Made by a program: the position numbers and the translations under genes | Part shown: piece after piece, positions 6,889 to 12,160 of the stretch | Position numbering within the stretch: the stretch's first letter is position 1 | Layout of the letters: each line of letters begins with the position of its first letter | NCBI GenBank assembly: GCA_039683575.1 | Contig: JBDKRC010000029.1 | Coordinates: 1 to 12,160, forward strand | Source: Armatimonadia bacterium | GTDB lineage: Bacteria > Armatimonadota > Zipacnadia > Zipacnadales > UBA11051 | DNA: 12,160 nucleotides | Direction of reading: 5' to 3' | The notes under the pieces: generated by a model | Databases searched by the model: none | Seen by the model: only the letters and a program-made list of their open reading frames with translations | What the model was told of the DNA's origin: nothing

Positions 6889-9831
6889 CTACTTTCGCAC
6901 CTTGATGCCAGCCGCACTCACGGCGCCCTGCCCGCGCACAAACATCGCCGTGGACTGGCCCTTGGCACCGCCGACCAGCGCCGTCACATCGGCCGCTGAG
7001 GAGAAGCTACCGGCGCTGACCTTTGGCGCTCCGGCATCCTTCCAGGCGATCAGGTCGTTGCCTACCTGCAGCGCCACACCATTCTCGTTCGTAAGCAGCT
7101 TGCACTGCGGCAGCTTGCTCTCTTCGCCTGTCCGGTAGGGGATGAGCACCGTCACAAAGCGCATCGTCTGCGCCGGGGCGGTGGTGGAGGCCTGGAAGTG
7201 CCACTGATTGGGCACTTCCTTCTCCGGTTGCACCGGGAACTGGTCGGTCTGCGTGAATTCGAGTTTGTCAGGCGTCAGGAACTGCACACGCAGCCTGGAC
7301 CCGCCCTGTTCGGACGTCAGGGCGAGGTTCGCGGGGTCGAGCTTCATCTCGCTGCGCGCGTGGAGTAGCCACTGGTACGTTGAAGGCTGCGAGCCTTCGA
7401 GTTCGTCGTAGATGACGAAGTAGCCGGATGCGGGCGAGACGCCCGCACTACGCGTTGAGGAGATGGCGTCCGCGACGCGGGAAGCTGATGGGCGGACGAA
7501 GAGCACGTGGCGAAGGAACTTCCTTAGTCTGCCTCCATAGGCGCGGGTCGCGTCTCCGGTCGTGTAGCAGAAGTCGTCGGTGTTCTCAAACTCAGTGATG
7601 AAGCCCTTGGAGGCGAAGCTGCGCGTCACCTGGCCCTTGTTGTCCACCAGGATCGAGTTGTGGGCCTTGGTTTCCCAGACCCACTGCGCATGGTGGGGGT
7701 TGCCATAGCGATGGTAGTAGCCGCTGCTGATGGCGAGGGGCTCAGTGTAGGCCTCCAGCACGAAGGCATTCTGGTTGGCGTGGTTGTGGCTCGTGGCCCC
7801 GTAGGGGCTGCTGTGGAGCAGGAACAGGAGGTTGTCCTCCGGCTTGGCCATGTTGCTGTGCATGGCCACCCAGCCCACGTGCGGGAAGTTGCGCGCCTGG
7901 GGCAGGTCGGTGGGGGGCTTGGCCTTGAGCTCGGGCTTTGCGATGTTGAACGCCATCGCCCCGCCACCGGGGCCACCGCCGGTCTGCTCGGCATACCAGC
8001 GGAAATACGGGTTGTCGTAGATGCTCGAAAGGGCGTAAAGCAACTGGCCCTGCCCTGCCCCAACACCGTTCTCGTGGCCATCGCCGAAGGCTGAAGCCTT
8101 ACGCTTGGGATAGGCGCAGTATAGGCCGAAGTACCCGGTGTTCTGCAGGTAGGGCTTGTTCTTCCACGGTATGCCGAGGCGGTCGAGTTCCTCGACGACC
8201 ATCGTCATCATGCTCATGTAGGCCGACCAGTAGCCGATGCCCTCATGCCAGCCGCCATCGTCGCTGCCCCAAACCGGGTAGACCGACCAGAGCAGGCGGC
8301 TGTAATAGTCCAGCCACTCCTTCGCCTCGGGCAGTTCATGGCCGAAGACGATCATGCCCTCAACCATGAAGCCGATCATGCGGCCCTGGTGGCTGCCGTA
8401 GGGCTTGCTTTCGAAGGGCATCTTGCGATGCATCTCGTTGGTCTGTACGAGGCGGGCGCGGAGGAAGGCCTCGATGGTCTGGCGTTCGTCGGGGCTCAGG
8501 GCGTCGTAGATCCAGTCATAGGTCCGCGGGCCGTGCATGATGATATCCATGTGGGCCTCGTCGTTGTGGTAGACGTTCGTGGGCCCGTCTATCTTCCAGG
8601 TCGCAAAGTGCAGGAGCCGCCGCTTGGCCTCATCGGCGTACTTGCGGTCACCGGTGCAGACATAGGCGAGGGCACAGGCCTCCATGCCGGCGGTCCAGGG
8701 GCGCATGGTCTGGAAGCTCAGGAGATAGGCTTTCCCGTGCTCCTGTGGGTCCTTCGGCAGCCAGTCGGGCTCGGGATAGAGAGGTTGGCCGAGGTGCCGG
8801 TCAGCGTTGCTGACAATGCCCCTCACCATGCTCTTATACTTTCCGTCGGCGTCCGCGCGGATCTCAGCCACCTTCTCCGGGGTAAAGTAGATGCGCGGGC
8901 GCACCTGCGGGATCTTCTGCAGCCACGTCTCCACGGGCGGGCGCGGGTAAGCAATCGCGTCGGCAGGGATGGTGAAAGAGCGGGCCTTGCTGAAGACCGG
9001 CTTTGCATTCGCACCCTCGAACCCGTACCGCCAGTACCACTTGCCGGGCTTGATCGTCTCGGTGGGGGTATAAACGCTCAAGTCAATGTCACGCACGGTG
9101 ACGGCATTCTGCTTGAAGCTGGCGTCCTGACTGTACTGGACGAGGTACTTCTTCACTCCGGTGGCGGGGACCCAGATGAAGGCAGGCGGGTCTACCGATA
9201 CGGTGGTGCCATCCTCCGGAGCATAGCTGATCTGGTCCTCTGCGGCAGGCTGGTCAAGCATCTGGGCCATCATCCGGTTGATCTCCTCGTCGGTCGGCAC
9301 TTGGGCCACCACGTCATCCCAGAGCACGGTACCGGGGGTGAAGAAGTTGAATAGTTCGACCGCGACGTGCCCCGTCTGGGCAGGAACGACGAAAACGCGT
9401 TCGAAGGCGGTCCACTGCTGCGCCGGGGGAAGACGGTAGTTGAAGTCTGAGAGGTAGTCCCAGCCCTTCTCACCCTTCAGGTACGTAAGGCGCACCACTG
9501 CGCCTTGAGCCCCCGCGGCGAAGCCTTCAGTCCGGTACCAGCCGGAGACGTGCAGGTAGCCGGGACCCACAGGCAACGACTGCTGCCACGCTCCACGCTG
9601 TTCGGTGGTCGCACAGCGCGTCCCCAGAGCGCCGGAACCATTGCGCCCCACGGTGCGCTCACTCAGCGGCGTGCCGCCCGTCTTGTAGTCTCCAAAAGAC
9701 CAACCGACAGGCTGGCCCTTGTCATCAACCTGGTCAAAGCCGGGATTCTTCAGGAGATTGGCTGGCTGCGACTGTGGGAACACGAGGGAACCGAGGGCGC
9801 ATGAGATGAGGAAGATAATCGGCCGTGTCAT
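6889..9831 (-). CDS. Polysaccharide lyase-like protein: N-terminal CBM4/9-like module, DUF4962, heparinase II/III-like C-terminal domain (PL15-like)
   Basis: Hydrophobic N-terminus from ATG 9831. NLLKNPGF...VLWDDV is a CBM-like jelly roll. DPPAFIW...PGKWYWRY is DUF4962-like. Also SHQ, GGWHEGIGYW, FGDG, SSPYGATSHNHANQNAF, TKAHNSILVD, FLRHVLFVRP..YFVIYDEL and YQWLLH. ATG 9831 is preferred over the track's TTG 9867 because of the promoter position and signal peptide. Confidence 0.86.
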   Translation of the reverse strand: MTRPIIFLISCALGSLVFPQSQPANLLKNPGFDQVDDKGQPVGWSFGDYKTGGTPLSERTVGRNGSGALGTRCATTEQRGAWQQSLPVGPGYLHVSGWYRTEGFAAGAQGAVVRLTYLKGEKGWDYLSDFNYRLPPAQQWTAFERVFVVPAQTGHVAVELFNFFTPGTVLWDDVVAQVPTDEEINRMMAQMLDQPAAEDQISYAPEDGTTVSVDPPAFIWVPATGVKKYLVQYSQDASFKQNAVTVRDIDLSVYTPTETIKPGKWYWRYGFEGANAKPVFSKARSFTIPADAIAYPRPPVETWLQKIPQVRPRIYFTPEKVAEIRADADGKYKSMVRGIVSNADRHLGQPLYPEPDWLPKDPQEHGKAYLLSFQTMRPWTAGMEACALAYVCTGDRKYADEAKRRLLHFATWKIDGPTNVYHNDEAHMDIIMHGPRTYDWIYDALSPDERQTIEAFLRARLVQTNEMHRKMPFESKPYGSHQGRMIGFMVEGMIVFGHELPEAKEWLDYYSRLLWSVYPVWGSDDGGWHEGIGYWSAYMSMMTMVVEELDRLGIPWKNKPYLQNTGYFGLYCAYPKRKASAFGDGHENGVGAGQGQLLYALSSIYDNPYFRWYAEQTGGGPGGGAMAFNIAKPELKAKPPTDLPQARNFPHVGWVAMHSNMAKPEDNLLFLLHSSPYGATSHNHANQNAFVLEAYTEPLAISSGYYHRYGNPHHAQWVWETKAHNSILVDNKGQVTRSFASKGFITEFENTDDFCYTTGDATRAYGGRLRKFLRHVLFVRPSASRVADAISSTRSAGVSPASGYFVIYDELEGSQPSTYQWLLHARSEMKLDPANLALTSEQGGSRLRVQFLTPDKLEFTQTDQFPVQPEKEVPNQWHFQASTTAPAQTMRFVTVLIPYRTGEESKLPQCKLLTNENGVALQVGNDLIAWKDAGAPKVSAGSFSSAADVTALVGGAKGQSTAMFVRGQGAVSAAGIKVRK
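7429..7451 (-). repeat. GTAG-type REP-like palindrome inside the lyase CDS
   Basis: The minus strand reads GTAG-TGCGGGCG-TCT-CGCCCGCA: a GTAG tetranucleotide followed by a perfect 8-bp GC-rich stem with a 3-nt loop. Only one copy was seen in this window. Confidence 0.7.
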
Positions 9832-9837
9832 GGCGGC

Positions 9838-9867
9838 ATCATACTCGGCCCCAAAGGCGTTCGTCAA
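9838..9867 (-). promoter_or_regulatory. Sigma70-type promoter, probably giving a leaderless mRNA
   Basis: The minus strand reads TTGACG (9867-9862), 18-nt spacer, TATGAT (9843-9838), 6 nt (GCCGCC), then ATG 9831. There is no room for a Shine-Dalgarno sequence. Confidence 0.72.
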
Positions 9868-9895
9868 ATCGCATCTGGTTCGGAACCGAGAGACC

Positions 9896-9923
9896 GCAAC
9901 TGACCTGATGCTGGGCTGTCTGA
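9896..9923 (+). promoter_or_regulatory. Candidate ECF sigma factor promoter for the DUF362-like gene
   Basis: GCAACT-N16-GTCTGA, with the same AAC to TCTGA spacing as sigmaE-type GAACTT-N16-TCTGA promoters. Confidence 0.35.
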
Positions 9924-9984
9924 GTATGGACAGAAGGCTATTGGAGAGGGCTCTGGACCATCTTCGCCGTACGGATGTGCTGAC

Positions 9985-10938
9985 TTGCGGAAGTTATTGT
10001 TCACGACACTGATTGCTGCCCTACTCGCCAGTGTGGCAGTGGCTATGCCTGACCCGCCCGGACCCGCTACGGTCCACGTAGTGCGGGCTCCGGTGATTCT
10101 GACCGACCAGAAGATCTCCGCGCCTAAGGTGCTCTACCCCGAAGGCCGTGTGGATTTTGACGTTGTCGAGGCGATGGTTGACCGGATGATCACTGCCGTA
10201 ACCGGCAAAGAGGGCTGGATGGCCTGGCAGTCCATCTTCGCGGCCAACGACCGGGTTGGGATTATGGTGGATGCCGGGGCGTACCCGGCGCAGATGGCCA
10301 CTGTCGAAACTCTGATCAACCGGCTTGTTGGGGCGGGCCTTACCCCCTCGAATATCCTGGTCTTCTCCGGCAGCGAGAACGATCTTTTCGCGGTGGGCTA
10401 TCGCGTGCGACACGAGGGGCAGGGAGTGCGCGTATACGGGGCTGATTCTGAAGGGTACCGCGGCGGGGTCAGCCGCATCCCCAGCGATTACTGTGACGCC
10501 ATCATCAATCTTGCCGCCCTGCAGGTCGATCCTGACGCCGGCTTCGCAGGCTGCGTGGCCAACGCCCTGAATTGCGTGCCATTCGCCCAGCGTGTGGCAG
10601 CGCGGCGCGACCTGGCAGTGCTGCCCAAGGCCGCGGCGCACCCTGTTGTGCGCCAGAAGACGCGGCTCTATCTGCTCGAGGCTTATGTTCCCCTCCTGGA
10701 TGTCCAAGGCGCAAACAAGGTGACTTACCAATACAAGGGCCTGATTGCCGGGACGGACCCCGTGGCTGTAGACCTCATCGGCCGGAAGGTGCTGCAGGAG
10801 TGCCGGACGGAGCAGAAGGGCAGCGAGTGGCCGCTGCCGCCGACGGCTGACTATCTGCAGATAGCGCAACAGAAGTACCGGCTGGGGCAGGCGGAGGCGG
10901 ACAAGGTTATGGTCACCGAATCAGACATCAGCCGCTGA
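9985..10938 (+). CDS. Secreted DUF362-like protein (degenerate)
   Basis: TTG start and signal peptide MRKLLFTTLIAALLASVAVA. AW..IF...DRVGI, CDAIINL and GLIAGTDPVAVD.IG match the DUF362 layout. The start codon is uncertain because the RBS is weak. Confidence 0.72.
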   Translation: MRKLLFTTLIAALLASVAVAMPDPPGPATVHVVRAPVILTDQKISAPKVLYPEGRVDFDVVEAMVDRMITAVTGKEGWMAWQSIFAANDRVGIMVDAGAYPAQMATVETLINRLVGAGLTPSNILVFSGSENDLFAVGYRVRHEGQGVRVYGADSEGYRGGVSRIPSDYCDAIINLAALQVDPDAGFAGCVANALNCVPFAQRVAARRDLAVLPKAAAHPVVRQKTRLYLLEAYVPLLDVQGANKVTYQYKGLIAGTDPVAVDLIGRKVLQECRTEQKGSEWPLPPTADYLQIAQQKYRLGQAEADKVMVTESDISR

Positions 10939-10965
10939 TTGTCGCACCAAGCGTGGGAGAGGCGA

Positions 10966-10996
10966 AACGCCCCGGCCTGTTACAGGTCGGGGCGTT
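10966..10996. terminator. Probable bidirectional terminator hairpin between convergent genes
   Basis: AACGCCCCGGCCTG-TTA-CAGGTCGGGGCGTT: a 14-bp stem with one G-T pair. The T tails are short on both strands. Confidence 0.7.
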
Positions 10997-11031
10997 ATTG
11001 CTACTCGCGGCCAGCTATTGGCTCGGCGATC

Positions 11032-11691
11032 TTAGAACTTGGTGTCATAGCCGAAGCTGTAGAACGGGGAGCCGGACTTCCAGCCGGTGCGGAGCTCGAG
11101 GTCACGGCCTGCGCGATAGACGCCCACGTATGACGGGTCGTGGTTGTAGCTGAAGGCGGCAGCGCCGATCCGGGGGGTGAACAGGAACTGGAAGCCGCCG
11201 AAGAAGGCATCGCCGTGGTAGTTGTCACCCCAGGCCACGTGGATGCGCACCAACGGATCGTTGAAGGTGGGCTTGCCCTGCGGGACGTGGATGTTGTAGG
11301 CGCTGAGATAGAACGGGGAGATGCGGTCGTCGCCCAGCCACTTGGAGCCGGTGATGTTGGTGGCGCCCACTATCAGGCTCGGCTTGCCGGGCTTTTCCTT
11401 GACCAGCGCATAGTAGATGTTGCCTTCGGTATACTGGTGATCATTCTCCACGTCCACGGTCAGCAGATCGACTTCGAGGCGATCGGTGACCCCATAGAAG
11501 AACTCGCCGATCTGGGCGTTGTCGGGCGCGGGCCCGGGCGGCGTGTCGAGGTCCCAGAAGATATAGTTGAACTCGAACGCATCCTTCGCCATCATGTTGC
11601 CCGTAGGCATTGCGACAATGTCCCCGGCGAACGCGGGAACAGCCAACCCCACCGCCATGGTGAGCGCGACCAAACACAGCAGCTTAGACAT
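11032..11691 (-). CDS. Exported protein, probable small outer-membrane beta-barrel
   Basis: RBS GGAGGA (11698-11703) before ATG 11691, signal peptide ending AFA, alternating hydrophobic/aromatic strands and C-terminal YSFGYDTKF (terminal Phe, BAM-signal-like). Confidence 0.72.
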   Translation of the reverse strand: MSKLLCLVALTMAVGLAVPAFAGDIVAMPTGNMMAKDAFEFNYIFWDLDTPPGPAPDNAQIGEFFYGVTDRLEVDLLTVDVENDHQYTEGNIYYALVKEKPGKPSLIVGATNITGSKWLGDDRISPFYLSAYNIHVPQGKPTFNDPLVRIHVAWGDNYHGDAFFGGFQFLFTPRIGAAAFSYNHDPSYVGVYRAGRDLELRTGWKSGSPFYSFGYDTKF

Positions 11692-11879
11692 AGTACATCC
11701 TCCCGAATGTGTAACCCGCACAAGCGAGCGTTGGGCATGGGTTCCGCGCGATCCAGCTCAGTACCTCTTCAAGAAGCGATGACAGTGGCGCCGGAGACGA
11801 TGAGATGACTAAGCGGGAAGGGACGAGAGGGAGCGGAGGCGAAACTGCCCGACGACTATGGACACACAGGAGCATTGAC

Positions 11880-12160
11880 ATGGCTATCAAGACGGCATCG
11901 CAGGCGATTGTGGAGGCTTTGCAGGCAGAGGGTGTTAAGTACGTTTTCGGGCTGCCGGGCGGCCACAGTGTTGCGATTTTCTACGATGAACTGAGTAAGC
12001 AGGATCAAGTGCAAGCGATCCTCGCCCGCCACGAGACCGCCGGGGCGTTTGCGGCCCTCGGCTATGCCCAGATGACCGGCGAAGTGGGCGTGTGTCAGGG
12101 GACGGCAGGGCCGGGCTTTTCCCATATGCTTGTCGGGCTGCACGAGGCGTTCTACTCAAA
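11880..12160 (+). CDS. Thiamine diphosphate-dependent enzyme (acetolactate synthase large subunit-like), 5' part; runs off the window
   Basis: Absent from the ORF track. Manual translation gives MAIKTASQAIVEALQAEGVKYVFGLPGGHSVAIFYDELSKQDQVQAILARHETAGAFAALGYAQMTGEVGVCQGTAGPGFSHMLVGLHEAFYS, with the VFGLPG, RHE (catalytic Glu) and GPG motifs. RBS AGGAG at 11868-11872. Confidence 0.93.
   Translation, partial: MAIKTASQAIVEALQAEGVKYVFGLPGGHSVAIFYDELSKQDQVQAILARHETAGAFAALGYAQMTGEVGVCQGTAGPGFSHMLVGLHEAFYS

Noticed and set aside
8245..9354. 369-aa + strand ORF antisense to the lyase
   Set aside because: Antisense shadow explained by the strong codon bias of the real gene; no motifs or RBS seen.
9832..9867. 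TTG start at 9867 for the lyase
   Set aside because: The extension coincides with the -35/-10 promoter boxes and would put acidic residues ahead of the signal peptide. ATG 9831 fits better.
9926..10012. Possible short peptide MDRRLLERALDHLRRTDVLTCGSYCSRH upstream of the DUF362-like gene
   Set aside because: There is no convincing RBS, it overlaps the downstream start out of frame, and nothing independent supports it.
10021..11808. Antisense ORFs 10021-10869 (-) and 11140-11808 (+)
   Set aside because: They mirror the DUF362-like and barrel genes, which have signal peptides and better motif support.
11692..11879. Possible riboswitch or ncRNA in the divergent intergenic region (purine-rich tract, small GGAGGCGAAACTGCCC hairpin) upstream of a ThDP enzyme
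   Set aside because: No TPP riboswitch core (CTGAGA plus downstream conserved elements) or other recognisable aptamer was found by eye. An Rfam/Infernal scan would be decisive.
1..12160. CRISPR arrays, tRNA/rRNA genes, transposases, integrases, phage or defence genes
   Set aside because: No regularly spaced repeats, RNA-gene signatures or relevant protein motifs were seen. Almost all of the sequence is explained by the listed CDSs.

Overview
GC-rich bacterial window with no CRISPR array, RNA gene or transposase. It has three parts. (1) A + strand translation operon: partial DUF1385 gene, prfA, prmC, tsaC/yrdC and a divergent ychF, closed by an intrinsic terminator. (2) A tightly coupled minus-strand catabolic cluster: a CBM-like/DUF4962/heparinase II-III-like polysaccharide lyase, a secreted class 3 lipase, an Asp-box sialidase-like propeller and a TIM-barrel sugar isomerase/epimerase. 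This cluster appears to start from a leaderless sigma70 promoter. (3) A secreted degenerate DUF362-like gene, a small probable outer-membrane beta-barrel gene and the 5' part of a ThDP-dependent enzyme gene that the ORF track missed. The most notable observation is a 60-63 nt in-frame insertion in the lyase gene carrying a perfect GTAG-type REP-like hairpin. Other points of interest are the leaderless promoter, a YchF with altered switch I/G3 motifs, an atypical RF1 GGQ context and a candidate ECF promoter. The gene content suggests a diderm organism, possibly Armatimonadota (inference only). All family assignments come from motif recognition by eye, not database searches. No clearly novel multi-gene system is demonstrated.
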